Shown: positions 1-13,214 of the stretch, one piece after another
How the letters are laid out: each line of letters opens with the position of its first letter
Position numbering within the stretch: the stretch's first letter is position 1
Source of the DNA: Hypanus sabinus
Lineage: Eukaryota
Assembly (NCBI RefSeq): GCF_030144855.1
Contig: NC_082712.1
Span: forward strand, 11,966,001-12,030,000
DNA: 64,000 nt
Direction of reading: 5' to 3'
The notes under the pieces: model-generated
What the model saw: the letters and a program-made list of their open reading frames with translations, nothing else
Told to the model about the DNA's origin: nothing
Databases searched by the model: none
Translations under genes and position numbers: made by a program

Positions 1-113
1 ACTGTAAGAGGCCAATATGAACTACAGTCCAATCCATAAATCTCAGAATTTCAATAACATCTCCAAGAAAATCAGGAGTTGTCTCAGGATGCAAGCAGAT
101 TATGTCCACAAGA

Positions 114-680
114 CTATAAATCATAGGCACAGAGTTTGGCCATTTGGCCCATCAAGTCTGCTCTGCCACTCAATCCTGGTCAATCCTTTCTCTCCCTCCT
201 CAGCCCCGCTCCCCAGCCCATTCCTCGTAATCTTTGATGCCCTGTCCAGTCAAGAAGTTATCAATCACTGCCTTAAAAACCCCAGTGACTTGCTCAGTAC
301 AGCTGTCTGTGGTGACAAATTCCACAAATTCATCACCCTCTGACAAAAGAAATGTCTCCACATCTCTGTTTTAAATGGACACCCCTCTATCATAAGATTG
401 TGCCCTCTCCCCTATCATGGAAAACTTTCTTTCCGCATCTACTCTGTGCAGACCTTTCAGCATTTGGAAGGTTTCAATGAGGTCACCCCCCCCCCCATCC
501 ATCTAAATTCCAGTGAGTACAGTCCCAGAGCCATCAAACATTCATCATATGATTACCCTTTTGTTTCCAGAATTATCCTTGTGAACCTGCCCTGAACCCT
601 CCCCAATGCCAGCACATCTTTTCTCAGATGAGGAGTCCAAGACTGGTCACAATACTCATGATGAGGCCTCACCAATAGGT
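114..680 (-). mobile_element. CR1 LINE 3' fragment
   Basis: Antisense of the CR1 RT C-terminus and 3' tail (aaatgtctccacatctctgttttaaatggac, ccagagccatcaaac...). Confidence 0.75.
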
Positions 681-1099
681 TCAATAGGTACATTTAATGC
701 CAGAGAAATCCATACAATATACACCCTGAAATTCCTTTTCTTCACTAACATCCATGAAAACAGACGAGTGCCCCAAAGCATGAATGACAGTTAAACATTA
801 GAACCCAAAGCCCTCCCCAGCACCCCGCTCCCTCGCACAAGCAGCAGCATGGCAAAGCCCCCCTCCCCCAGCAAAGCATCAATAAAGACAGACTTGCAGT
901 ACCCCAAAGACTATCCGTTCCCCTGGCAATTCGACATACCACAGGTTCCCTCTCCCACTTATAAGGGAAAAAGAGATGTTCCCATATCTCAGCGAGAGGG
1001 GATGCATAATGAAAAACTGATTTATGATCTTAAAAGTTTGCTGCGTTGCATTTTCCGAGCTCTGCGCCCAGAGAATCGGCCCCGAGGCTCAAGTCCTGG

Positions 1100-1405
1100 A
1101 CACACAATAGACAATAGGTGCAGGAGTAGGCCGTTTGGCCCTTCGAGTCAGCACCACCATTCAATGTGATCATGGTTGATCATCCAGAATCAATACCCCG
1201 TTCCTGCCTTCTTTCCATATCCCTTGACTCAGCTATCTTTAAGAACTTTACCTAACTTTTTCTTGAAAGCATCCAGAGAATTGGCCTCCACTGCCTTCTG
1301 AGGCAGAGCATTCCATAGATCCACAACTCTCTGGGTGAAAAGGTTTTTCCTCAACTCTGTTCTAAATGGCCTACCCCTTATTCTTAAACTGTGGCCTCTG
1401 GTTCT
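1100..1405 (-). mobile_element. CR1 LINE 3' end
   Basis: Translates to GHSLRIRGRPFRTELRKNLFTQRVVDLWNALPQKAVEA, the typical CR1 C-terminus. Confidence 0.85.
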
Positions 1406-1799
1406 GGAACACAACAGGCAGCTAACCCACTGCTCCTGATGTTCCATGTTCTCCCGCAATGCCTCAGTCAGGGGCACCGGCCTTGAATTTCCCGTCTCCA
1501 GAACCTCGAAAATCCGGCACCCTGAAGGCGAGCTTGCAGGCCTCGTCCTTGGGGAATCAAAAAGCGCCGGTCGTGAGGCCCTGAGAGCGGGTACCATTCC
1601 CACAAAGAACCAAAGTCAGAGTGTAACTCTGGGTCAGGGTCTTAAAAAGATCCTTCAAAAGCGAAAAAAGACATATCAAAGATAGAAATAGAGCTGTTTT
1701 GGAAGATGCAAGCAAAAGAATCACCATTTGGCGCCATCTTCATTTTGCTCCACCCTTCCAGTGCCTTATAAAGCTTCAGCATCACATTTTGTCATTTTG

Positions 1800-3600
1800 T
1801 CACTCATAGTTCAGTCCCTCCCCACCTACATCCAGAATAAATCCCATGCCCTCCACCACTTCAATAACTTCCAGTTCCCCGGTCCCGACCACTTTATTTT
1901 CACAATGGATGTCCAATCCTTATACACTTCAATTCCTCATCTAGAAGGCCTCAACCCCCTCCACTACTTTCTGGACAACAGACCTCACCAGTTCCCCAAC
2001 ACCACCACACTCCTCCGGTTGGCAGAACTGGTACTCACACTTAATAACTTCTCTTTTGGCTCTTCACACTTTCTTCAGACCAAGGGTGTAGCTATGGGCA
2101 CTCGCATGGGCCCCAGCTATGCCTGCCTCTTTGTTGGTTATGTGGAAGAGTCTATGCTCCAAATCTATACGGGTGCTGCTCCCCAACTTTTCTTTCAATA
2201 CATTGACAACTACATTGGTGTTGCTTCCTGCACCCATGCTGAGCTCATCAATTTCATCGACTTTGCCTCTCACTTCCACCCAGCCCTCAAATTCACTTGG
2301 TCCAGCTCTGACACTTCTCTCCCCTTTCTCAATCTCTGGAGACAGACTGTCCACTGACATCTTCTATAAACTGAAGGACTCTCATAACTACCTCGACTAT
2401 CCCTCTTCCCATCCTGCCAAATGCAAAAATGCTATTCCTTATTTCCAGTTCCTTCGTCTCCTCCGCATCTGGTCCCAGGTTGAGGCTTTCTGTTCCAGGA
2501 CATCTCAGATGTCCTCTTTCTTTAAGGATCGTGGTTTCCCTTCTGCCGTCATCAATGGTGCCCTCACCCACATCTCCTTCATTTCCCGCACTTCAGCCCT
2601 TACCCCATCCACCTGTCACCACAACAGGGACCGAGTTCCCCTTGTCCTCACCTACCACCCCACCAGTCTACAGATCCAGCACATTATCCTCCGCCACTTC
2701 TGCCAATTTCAACAGGACCCCACCATTAAGCACATCTTTCCCTCTCTACCCCTCTCTGCTTTCTGCAGGGATCGTTCCCTCCACGACTCCCTGGTCCACT
2801 CATCCCTCTCCACAGATCTCCCACCTGGCACTTATCCCTGCAAGCGTAAGTGCTACACCTGTCCTTACATCTCCTCTCTTACTACCATTCAAGGCCCCAA
2901 ACAGTCCTTCCAGGTGAGGCAACTCTTCACTGCTGTGTCTGTTGGGGTCATCTATTGCATTCGGTGCTCCCGGTACGGCCTCCTCTACATCGGAGAGACC
3001 CGACGCAGATTGGGGGACTGTTTCATTGCGCACCCTCGTTCCATCTGCCACAAGAAACAGGATCTCCCGGTTGCCACCCACTTCAACTCTGCTTCACATT
3101 CCCACTCGGATATGTCCATACATGACCACGTCTACTACCATGATGAGGCCAAACTCAGGTTGGAGGAGCAACACCTCATATACCGTCTGGGTAGTTTCCA
3201 GCCCCTTGGCATGAACATTGAATTCTCGAACTTCCGGTAAATCCCTCCCTCTCCCTTCCCCCATCCCACTTTCACTCTGCCTCCTCTTCCAGCTGCCTAT
3301 CACCTCCCTCATGGTTCCGCCTCCTTCTACTACCCATAGAGCTTTCCCATTACGTTCCTTCTTCACCTTTCCTGCCTATTGCCTCTGCTTCCCCTCCCCC
3401 GCCCTTCGTCCTTTCCTCTTACTGGATTTTCACCGGCACCTACAGCCTTCTCCTTCCCACCCTCCCCTCACCTTCTCTATAGGGCCCCTGCCCCCTCCCT
3501 CTTCAGTCCTGATGAAGGGTCTTGGCCCGAAACGTTGATGCTTGTTTCCACGGATTCTGTCCAACCTGCTGAGTTCCTCCCACGTGTGGTACGTGTTGCA
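1800..3600 (+). mobile_element. Penelope-like element (RT + GIY-YIG endonuclease), 5'-truncated and frameshifted, with a 3' pseudo-LTR
   Basis: ORFs 1728-2357 (FTMDVQSLYTSIPH, QTKGVAMGTRMGPSYA, FFQYIDN) and 2119-3240 (GVIYCIRC..YIGET, VATHFN, RLEEQHLIYRLG). Hammerhead motif at the 3' end. Confidence 0.92.
3504..3540 (+). ncRNA. Minimal type-I hammerhead ribozyme motif at the Penelope 3' end
   Basis: cagtc CTGATGA a GGG tcttgg CCC GAAAC GTT gatg. The catalytic core is intact, stem II is 3 bp, stem III is minimal with an ACGT palindrome and the triplet is GUU. Stem I is eroded to about 3 bp. Confidence 0.7.
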
Positions 3601-3800
3601 TCAATCCACTAAATGCACACTTGCCACATTCCTACAAAATTCCTCATTCTCGCAGAACTTGAGGGCACAGCCTCAAAACTGAGGAGTGACATTTTAGGAC
3701 TGAGGTAAGGAGGAATTTTTTTAATCAGAGATCAGTGGATTTGTGGAATTCTCTGTAACTGACTGCTGTAGAGGCCAAGTCCGTGCATATATTTGTGTAG

Positions 3801-3975
3801 GTGTGTGGCGAAGTGGTTAAGGCTTTGGGCTAGCGATCTGAAGGTCATTAGTTCGAGCCTCAGCCGAGGCAATAGGCAGGAAAGATCAAGAAGGAATGTA
3901 AGCGTGTGTCCTTGAGCAAGGGACTTAACCACACACTGCTCCTGCATGTTCCAAACCACCAGTGGTGGCGGTTGG
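3801..3975 (+). mobile_element. tRNA-derived SINE with a 30-nt internal insertion (about 3871-3900)
   Basis: A box tggcgaagtgg and B box agttcgagcc, then gtgtccttgagcaagggacttaacc. A second copy lies in reverse at 20123-20253 without the insertion. Confidence 0.75.
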
Positions 3976-5859
3976 ACAAGACAAGGTGAAGTTGATAGTA
4001 TCCTGATTGGTCAGGGCATCAAAGGATATGGTGAGAAGGCAGGTGTATGGGGCAGAGTGGGATTAGCCATGATGGAATGGCGGAGCCGACTCGATGAGCG
4101 GAATGGCGTAATTCTGATCCTATGTTTACATTCTTATGGGAATGCAGATTGTTTCAGAAGGGTGAAACGGAGAGAAGGCCAGGACGTCTCTGTACGCTAA
4201 AAGCAGGAGTTCAGCAGTGACAGTTTGGAAGCAAATGTTACTTTGAACTTCATTGCAAGGTGATTTGAGAACAGAAGACAGAATGTTGCTGCAGCTGTAC
4301 AGGGCCTCTGACGTTTGTGCAGTTTGGAGTTTGTCTTTGTTGGGATGATTTATCAGAGAGCGAATGTAGTGAAGGTGTATGAAGAAACCAGAGGGAGCAG
4401 GAATAATGCCTGATGAGAGAGTGAATTAGTTGGCCCCATAGACACTGGAGTTGAGAGGAATGTCTAAGAACTCATAGAACCTTGTAAGTTTAACAGGACA
4501 GGATAAATATCGGAGAGCATGGAACCGGAAAACACAGACACTGGGAAATCAGAAAGCTATTTGGAAGTCGGAACAGAAATGTCTACACCCGGCTGGTGGT
4601 AAACATATGGAGCGAGGAGGCCGGGTCTGCTGAACCGGTTTGGAAAACTGGTCTTCTCAGCCTCCCTTGGTGGATCGGTCTCGTCCACCTCTGTGGACAG
4701 AACAAGATCAATTAGCGTGATCCACGGCAGTTGTACAATGAGACCAAATCCGGCATCCCTCTTCACTTATAATTTTGGAAGGGAATAGGATCGAGACATG
4801 AACAGAATTCCCAAAGGGTAGATTTTATCGTCGCTGTCAGCGTTCGACACAGATATGGTTTTCAGCCCATGTACACATCAAATTGGAAGCTTTACAGTAA
4901 CGCAGCAATAGAGGCAGTGGTGTTGATAGGAAGCCGAATGGCCTTAGGCTATAGGATAGTATTGATCGAATAGTATGGTTCTTAGATTAAGACCATAAAA
5001 CAAAGGAGCAGAAATAAAAGATTCAGCCGTTCTATTCTGCTCTGACATTCAACTGTGGTTAGTTTACTGTACCTATCAACCACACTCTCCTGCCCTCATC
5101 CCGTATGATTCTACGCCTTACATACACCCAGACAGACAGACATACTTTATTGATCCCGAGGGAAATTGGGTTTCATTACAGTAAATTCCACAGACTCAGC
5201 CACCTGTGGTGTAAGGAAATTTCTGGTAATCTCTGATCTAGGGGGACATCTTTGTATGAATGGCAGAGTGAAGTAATCCTGGCTGTGATGCAATTTCTAG
5301 GACATAGACATTGAGTTTTGGGTTTCCGAGGATTATTCGACAACAGACGGAAGTGGGTACAAAAATCCTGGGTGCTACGTAAATGCAACGTATTCTGTAA
5401 TGGATCAAGGCTGTAAATTAAGGAGGAACCTGATCATCAGTAATATAAGAAAAAGTTACGTGAGTTGAATCACTTTTCGATTGTTAATATGTTTGAAGCG
5501 GTTATGACGACAGTTTCAACTGGATTACGGTGAAGGGAGATATGGCAGAGATTCAGTCAGGAGCCAGATCTCTGAGAGATTTGCCTCGTGGGCGAGCTTT
5601 GTGGAGAATGAGAAGAGCAGAATCACCCCGGGTTGACTGATTGCCCTGGTCCCAGTGCACGTGGGATGGCGGGAGTCGAGACTTTCCTGTATTGCTTTTT
5701 CCGCGGAGGTCCGGGGTGACATTTTGTGCACATCAGAGATTAGATTTGTAGTTAGAACATAGAACATTACAGCAGAGTTCAGGCCCTTCGGCCCACGACG
5801 TTGTGCCGAGCTGTCAGCCTTCTCTAAGCTCAAGCTTTTATTTATTATGTGATGGTTTA

Positions 5860-6120
5860 CAGACACAGGGCTGAACAGTCCCTACCAGCCCACCGAGCCG
5901 TGACACCTAGCACCTCACCGATGTAATCCCAGCCTAATCACCGGACGATTTAAAATTAACAATTAACCTGCTGACGTCTTTAGATTGTGGGATGGAACCG
6001 TAGCAGCTGGAGGAAACCCACCCGCACACGGGCAGAACGTACACAGTTCCTAACAAAGGACGCCAGAAATGAACGCCCAATGTGTAATCGCATCGTGCTA
6101 ACCGCTGCGCTACTGTGGCG
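5860..6120 (-). mobile_element. HE1-like V-SINE (other copies about 21710-21915 minus, 23060-23225 plus, 45660-45820 minus, 47040-47190 minus, 43945-44040 plus, 62350-62430 plus)
   Basis: V-domain gggtttcctcc..gctccggtttcctcccaca.tccaaagacgt and a tRNA-like head (agcggttagcacgatgc). Confidence 0.75.
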
Positions 6121-6433
6121 TCCTAACCCATCCCTCCTGCAGATCCTCACATTTGTCTCTCATTCAGTAGGTATTTAGCGGGTACATTCAATCCAAAAGG
6201 TATCTCAAAACGCTAAACAGCTTACAAACACTTCTGAAGCAGTCACTCTTATGATGTAGTAGTCACTCTGATGAGTATTTCTGCGGAGCTCCCACAAACA
6301 GCGATCGGGCAGCGAGTTTTTGTTGACAACTAAAGACTGGGACGCCTCAAGTGTTTGAATCACGTCCCAGCACCCACCGACTGTCCCAGTGAATCGGATT
6401 AGAGTCACGTCACGGCCTGAGCCTTCAGCATTA

Positions 6434-6546
6434 TTACATACAGTATCCGAGTAGATCACAGTAGAGAACGGCGCCCATCAATCAAAAGCCGGGAGTTTTC
6501 AGTCCGAGTGGGATACACAACATCAGCACGGCACAAGTGTCTGTCC
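6434..6546 (-). pseudogene. Duplicated TM exon with an in-frame premature stop (GTDTCAVLMLCIPLGLKTPGF*LMGAVLYCDLLGYCM**)
   Basis: Clear paralog of 22283-22401. Acceptor ctcactttctcttcag is intact and the frame is preserved (3-nt deletion). TGA at 6484-6482 falls in the middle of the TM. No matching leader or V exons found between 6550 and 20400. Confidence 0.8.
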
Positions 6547-7739
6547 CTGAAGAGAAAGTGAGACAAGTCAATCCAGACTCAGGGAAAGGGGGAGAGACTG
6601 ACTGAAATCTGTAGGTGTCGAGACATACATATAATGTAGCAGATTTACCCTGACGGAGCTACGGAAGATAACGTGTCTGTGAAGGAATAAGAAAAGGATA
6701 TTACTAAGAATGTGGAGATCACAGTGACATGAATTAAACATTAGAACAGGAAGTTTAGCCTGGAGTCAGATCATAGATTATAAGATATAGGAGCAAACCT
6801 GTCCATTCGGCCCAACAGGTCTGCTCCCCATTCCATTATGGCTGGTTAGTTATCCCTCTCAAACTCATTCTCCCGTCATCTCGCCGTTAACCTCCACAGT
6901 CATCTACGTCAATGTATTCCACATATCCACCACCATCTGGCTAAATAAATTCCTCCTCATCTCCGTTCTAAGGGACGTCTTGGTTTCTGAGGCTGTTCCC
7001 GCTGGTTCTTGACTCCCCCGCTATATGAACACTCTCCACATCCATTCTATGCAGGCCTTTCCACATTCGATAAGTTTCAATGGGATTCCCCCCCCCCCAC
7101 CCCCATTTTTCTAAACTCCAGCGGCAACCCCGAGACGTCAGATGCTCCTCATACATTAACCCTTTCATTCCAGGAATCATTCTCCTGAAACGCCCCTGGA
7201 GATATATATAGTATATACTGTACTCCAGTTTTCAAACACTCCCTTAAGTTAAACCATGACAAATTATTGTCTTTCTGCTCTATCATATTCCGACTGACTT
7301 TCCGATCTTCTGCATATTACCCCACTGGGTAAAGTTCCCTTTAATTTGTAATGACCAGTGTGTGGAAATTTTTTCTTTGGCCGGTGACGCCAACCTGTGC
7401 GCAGTGAATAATTTCGTCAGTAAAAAATAGTATAACTAAGCCCGTTCTAAAATCTGGAGATAAATAATTGCAAACCCCATGTTGTCAACTCCGTCCGCCT
7501 CAGAAACTGGAAAAGGAAATGTGACCGTGTATGATCGAGGAATATACTTAACATGCCAGCAAGGGAGAGGGTGACTACCTTCTGAGCGCAGTTTAAATTC
7601 CTCTGTGTGTCAGTAGCAGAAGATGTGTGTGCGTGGACACATGCACACGAGGGGGAACATTTTACCTCAGATGAACACTTGACAGTCCCTCACATAACTA
7701 TAGTAAGGGATCTTTACTCCATTAGAGTTACGGAGTCAT

Positions 7740-9440
7740 AGAGAAGTACAGCACAGAAACAGGCCCTTTGGCCCATCTAGTCTATACTGAAACCATTTTA
7801 ACTGCTTATTCCTTTCGAGTTGCACCGGGGCCATCAGCATCCATGTACCCATCTAAACTTCTCTCTGAAACATTGAAATCGCGGTTGCATGCACCACTTG
7901 TACTGGCAGCTCATTCCACACACTCACGGCCCTCTGAGTGAAGAAGTTTCCCCTCATGTACCCCTTAAACTATTCACCTTTCACCCTTAACACATGATCT
8001 GTGGTTGTAGCCCCACCGAACCTCAGTGGGAAAAGCCTGCTTACATTAACCCTGTCTATACCCTCAAAATGTTGTATACCTCTATCAAGTCTCCTCTCAA
8101 TCTTCTACGTTCTAAGTAATAAAGTAACCTGTTTGATGTTGCCTTATAAACCAGGTCCTCCAGACCCGACGATACCTTTGTAAATTTTCTCCGTATTCTT
8201 TCAACCTTATTTACATCTCTCTTCTAAGTAGTTGAACAAAACTGCACGCAGTATGCCTAATTAGGCTTTACAACCTCGGCATAACATTTCATCTCCTGTA
8301 CTCAATACATTTATGTACAAAGGCCAATGTAGCAGAAGTCTTATTTACAGCCTTTATACTTGTGACACTTTCAATGAATTATGAACCAATATTCCCAGAA
8401 TCTTTTTTCAAAGATTTTTTTGCAAGCCCTGATAACTTTCCCCACTGTCCACTACAACTCCATTCTTGGTGTCATCCACAAATTTGCTGATCCAGTTAAC
8501 CACAATACCATCCAGATCACTGACACAACAAAGGGCCCGGCACTGAACTCTGCGGCACTCCACTAGCTACAGACCTCCAGTCAGAGAGCGAACCATCTAC
8601 TACAGCTCTCTGGCATCTGCCTCAAATCCGATTTACTACATCATCTTGGATGTACCTCTCATGTGGGACTTTGTCAAAGGCTTTACTGAAGTCCATGTAG
8701 ACAACATACACTGCCTTGCCTTCTTCAAATTTTTCGGTAACTTCCTCAAAAAACTCGACCAAATTGATTAGATATAACCGACCATGCACAAACCCCTGCT
8801 GACTAACCTTAATCAGTCCATGTCCATCGAAATACTTACATGTCCGGTCCTCTTAGAATACCCTCCTTTAGCTTTCCCACAACTGATGTCAGACTCACTG
8901 GACTATTTGCTGGTTAATATTTGGAGCCTTTTTTTAAAGACAGTGAAACAACATAGACTATCCTCCAATCGTCCGGTACCTTTCCCGACACTAATGATGA
9001 TGTAAATATCTCCGCTAGGTCTCCGGCAATTTCTGCGTTTGCATTCCTTAGGGTCCTTGTAAGGCTCTGGGGATTTATCCACCCTGATTTGCCTCAGGAT
9101 AGCAAACACCGACTCTGCAATCTGTACAGGACCCATGAAGTTAATGTGTTTTGTTTCACCCCTATAGACTGTGTCCACATCTCAAGTAAATGCAGATGCA
9201 AAAAATAATTAAAATCTCCCCCATTTGTTTTTGCTCCACAGATTGATTAGCAATCTGGCCCTCCAGAGGAACTATTTTGTACATTGTAATCCTTTTGCTT
9301 TTAACATATCGCTAAAACCCCTAGGATTTTGCTTCTCTGTTCCTGCTAGAGTAACGTCGTGCCTTCTTTTAGCCTCCCTGATTACTTACTTATGTGTCTC
9401 TTGCATTACTGCTACTTCATAAACTTCTTATTTCTTCCTT
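7740..9440 (-). mobile_element. Degraded CR1 LINE (RT region)
   Basis: Antisense of CR1 RT motifs (ctttgtcaaaggctttactgaagtccatgtagacaac = VVYMDFSKAFDK) and the 3' tail. Confidence 0.8.
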
Positions 9441-9443
9441 CCT

Positions 9444-10635
9444 TGTCATATGGGGGGTGTTGGGAATGGACCCAAAGGCAGGACACAGACACTGAAGTAC
9501 TAGGAACGGGACTGGACAAAACTAAAGGACAGGACAGGTCGCAGACTAGGCTAGGGAAGCAGGACCAGGATGAGGGACTAGGAACAAGGAGCCTGGGCAT
9601 GGACTCCGAGCCCGAGACTGGACAAGGACCCAGAACCTGGGTCTTGACTTGGGCTTGGACCCCAAACCAGGTGAAGACGTGATGAGGCCTGGGTTCTTGG
9701 AGCATGAGGCTCAAGGCTTGAGGCTGGGGTTTTGAAGGCAGACTAGGAACCGTACATCAACATACAGCCAGGGCTTACCCATCGACAAGCCGGGACTCCT
9801 CTTTAACAAGACACTACCATGAGATTGGAAAGTACATAGACAGAGAGCCAGGACCTATCCTTTGACAAGCCAGGACTCAACTTTCACTCCACACCATGGT
9901 GGGAAAGGTCCACCCATCAGATAATGGCAGAATGGCCTGACTTAACCCACAGAGGAGAGGTCAAGACAGGACAGATCATCCCAGAGGGCAACAGCAGAAC
10001 AGACTGACTTACCCCACAGAGGAGAGAACAGGACAGATCATCCCGCAGGGCAACGGCAGAACAGCCTGACTTACCCCACAGAAGAGAGAACAAGACAGAT
10101 CATCCCACAGGGTAATGGCAGAACAGCCTGACTGATCCCATGGGGTGAAGACAGAAAGAGACAAACATCAAAGAACAACAGACAGTTCCATCTCTGCATC
10201 AGGGTTGCTCCACGTCACAGTTACGGCCATCAACCTCGGCTGCCTACAGAAACAACCAGATCCCCCCCCCCCCCCCCCCAGCTCAGAGAGGCTGACAGCC
10301 ACTCAGCTGGCCCAGGAAGCAGCTGAATCCAAAACGCAATGACAGCTCCGACTACTGACAGCAAGACTCCGAGAAGCCATGGCTCTCCCACGCGGCCTAA
10401 AGCTGGCAAGTGGCTGTTCCAGCCTTCCACAACCATTTGCTCCCAGGAAATCTTGATAAGACAACCCCTCCAACCACACTCAATCCCAGGGTCACTAATA
10501 TACCCAGCCCCAAGATGAGCATCAGGTGCTTATGGTTAAGTCCAACCAAAACAAGGCACAGCCGGAGGACCCGGAGTCTGGAGTCCATGGACCGGACTGC
10601 GAACCGGAATGTGGACTTCGGACCGGACCGTGACA
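9444..10635 (-). mobile_element. Solo LTR (Gypsy-type) with a 5-bp TSD (TTCCT) and an internal ~61-bp tandem array
   Basis: TGTCA...TGACA termini, with ttcct directly on both flanks (9439-9443, 10636-10640). Termini shared with the LTR at 14897-15744. About 3.5 copies of acaggacagatcatccc...gacttaccccacagaggagaga at about 9925-10140. Confidence 0.85.
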
Positions 10636-10639
10636 TTCC

Positions 10640-12250
10640 TGCCTTTACCTGCTATGCACCTTCTTTCTTTCTCTTAACCTGGGTCTCATTATCCCTTCAA
10701 AACCAAGATTCTATACATGTGTTCTCTTTACCTTTTATTCTGACTGATACATTCAGGCTTTGTGCTCTCAAAAGTTCGCTTTTGAGCCCCCCCCCCCACC
10801 TCTCACTTACCAAGTGCACATTTCCTATAAAATACCCTGTCCCAATCCGAACTTGCCAGATAATTTCTGATATGATCAAAATTATCATATCGCGAATCTC
10901 AATCCGCGAACTAGACCCATCTTTATGCATATATACTTTGAAACAAGCTAATGGCTTTAAGGTGGCTAAATGCAGTGTTTCCCTACAGAAACTTCTGTCA
11001 CCTGTCCTATCTCATTCCCTAACAGCAGATCCTATCACACGCTCTCATTGGGACTTTGATGTACTGATGAAGGTAACTTTCTTGAATAAAAACTTTATCC
11101 TATCTAGTCCTTTTATAGCATGGGATCCCCAGTCAATAAGTGGAAAGGCAAAATCACCTCCTATACCAACCTTATGTTTATTGCAACAGTCTGCGATCTC
11201 TTTACATCTAAATCCCGCAGACTGTCAGATGGTCTGTAATATCGCCCCATTAACATGGTCATAACCTTCTTATCTCTCAGTTCCACCCATAACGCCTCTC
11301 TAGACATTAACCCTTCCTGCTCTGTTACATCTAAAACAACAAAACCCCTGAATATTAGTGTGCCAGTTCTGCCCCTCCTGCACCCAAGTTTCTCTCATGG
11401 CTACAATGTCATAATTCCAGGATCTGATCATACCCTGAGCTCATCCACCTACATTATGATGCTTCTTGCATTGAAATATACGCCGCTCAGGACACAGTCG
11501 CACCATGCTGAACTTTTTGATTCTGGACTTTGAGGTTTTTCAACATCTGTTTCCACAACCTCTCCACTAATTGTTCTGGCACTCTATTTTCCATTCCACT
11601 GCAATTCTAGTTTAAATACCACTGTGTACCATTAACAATCCTTCCCGCTAGGATGTTAGTTCCACACCAGTTTAGGTGCCAACCCTCCCTTCTATACCAG
11701 TCCACTTTCCTTTGAGGAGATCCCAGTGATCCAAAAATATTATGCCTTCACTCCTACATCAACTCCTTACCTACGTGTTAAACTGTATAATTATCTAGTT
11801 CTGGTGTCACTAGCCCGTGACACGAATACCAATCCTAGGATCACAACCTTGGAGGTCCTGCCCTTTAACTTAGCAATTAACTTTCTGAACCCCCTGTGCA
11901 GAACTCGTCACTCGTCCTTGGTACCTGCATGGATCACAACCTCTGGGTGTTCACTCTCCCAATTGAGATTGCAGAGAACTCAATCCAAGATGCCCCAGAA
12001 CCGGGCAGCCACAAGAGTACCATTCAACTGCCCTGTCTGGAATCTCTACTGCCCTAGCTGAGCTAATGTAAAGAAGGGGTGAGGGAAACATTTCTTTTTC
12101 ACTTTTTCTGACTGAGGCCTCGAAGAGGTAAAGCCTCAGGATCACCACTCTGACTCTGTCCACTCCGACGATCGCTGCTGTGCTTGCCCCTGCCTTCCTT
12201 TAATTTGCTTCTGCTAATCAATTATTTGGTCAGAGCTGCAAATAAACTAC
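10640..12250 (-). mobile_element. Degraded CR1 5' half (endonuclease and esterase-like ORF1 region)
   Basis: Antisense motifs ttgactggggatcccatgctataaaaggactag (IDW...IKGLD) and aactaacatcctagcgggaagg (GTNILAGR). Confidence 0.7.
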
Positions 12251-12908
12251 CGCGGTTGTGGTCTTTTCTACATCGTTAGCAAGCCTGAGTGAAATTCCCT
12301 CTTTTCAAGCTGCTGATCTCACGATCGGTCGCTGGTCAATGATGCAAAAAATACTGTCGCGTGTTGCCACTCAAAATCCTGAATTCCAACAAACGTTGTT
12401 AAGTGAAGGCAGCTCTGACGGAATGCTTTGCTCGTCCCCAGGGCTGAGGGGTTTATGGATGGTGGTAATTAGTGTCACGTCTGGCTGGGGTTGTCACGAT
12501 TCTCCAAATCTGTCATTGTGTGATCTCAACCTGGCTACATCATCTCCCTCATATATCTCCAAACTAATTCCCATGATGAACAAAATATAAGGGGTGCAAA
12601 TGAATTATGCATAGATAAATGAAGTAAAATGCGTAAATTAAATACTGTAGGGTGATATAAAATGAAGGTGATGGTATAAAAATCTTTTTTCATAACAACA
12701 TGTGGGCATTCTGGAGGCAGACACAGTAGAATTTCACAAATCCAAAAATACATCACATTGATATACCCTGAGGACTAAAGAGATTTTGACACATTGGTCC
12801 TCATAAATCAAAGTATTGAGTACAATAATTGGCATCTTATGTTCGAGTTGTATCAGATGTAAGTGAGTATTTGTGCATTTCTGGTCACCCTTCCGCAGCC
12901 AAGATATC

Positions 12909-12993
12909 TTTTTTTTCTTTTTTTCTTTTTCAATCTTTTTATTAAATTTCATATATTAAAAGAACATAACATAATATTGAATAGGTTATAAGT
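12909..12993 (-). mobile_element. 85-bp extremely 5'-truncated L1 3' tail with a 14-bp TSD (GCAGCCAAGATATC)
   Basis: TSD at 12895-12908 and 12994-13007. The insert matches the 3' end of the L1 at 30781-34112 (ataacctatt...aataaaaagattgaaaaagaaa). Confidence 0.85.
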
Positions 12994-13214
12994 GCAGCCA
13001 AGATATCAATAAGTTTGAAAGAGTGCCCAAAAATATGACAAGATGTGTTGGTCTTGGGGGCCTGGGCTACAGGGAAAAGTTACATATGTTAGGACCTTAT
13101 TGTCTGAAGCGCAGGAGAATAAGAGGACATTTGATGGAGCGATACAAAGCTATGAGAGGAATAGAACAGGTCCATCCATCCGCCAAAAGCAGAACCTCCA
13201 AGTGACACAACATT

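Larger units (their letters stand above)
4600..6690. repeat. Local segmental duplication, copy A (paralog of about 20440-22540)
   Basis: Collinear similarity through non-TE sequence (e.g. ctgtggacagaac, cagagattcagtca, gtgcacatc, cagtccgagtgggatacacaacatcagcacgg), the same embedded HE1 SINE and the TM exon. Identity roughly 75-80% by eye. Confidence 0.88.

Noticed and set aside
3801-3870. tRNA gene
   Set aside because: The A/B boxes continue into a SINE body and a second dispersed copy exists; no full cloverleaf.
6482-6484. TGA in the duplicated TM exon as selenocysteine or read-through
   Set aside because: No SECIS evident. Neighbouring codons also became helix-breaking (Pro, Gly), consistent with decay or truncation.
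7230-7560. Tc1/mariner transposase remnant (ILFFTDE... on the minus strand)
   Set aside because: Only one weak motif with interrupting stops and no paired TIRs; insufficient support.
9925-10140. CRISPR-like or coding repeat arrays (also 27418-27672, 39028-39196)
   Set aside because: These are head-to-tail tandem units without unique spacers, in a eukaryotic context; ordinary minisatellites.
10410-11264. 284-aa plus-strand ORF and most other ORFs in the supplied track
   Set aside because: It crosses an LTR end into antisense CR1 and has no domain signature. The other ORFs are TE fragments, their antisense or low-complexity reads.
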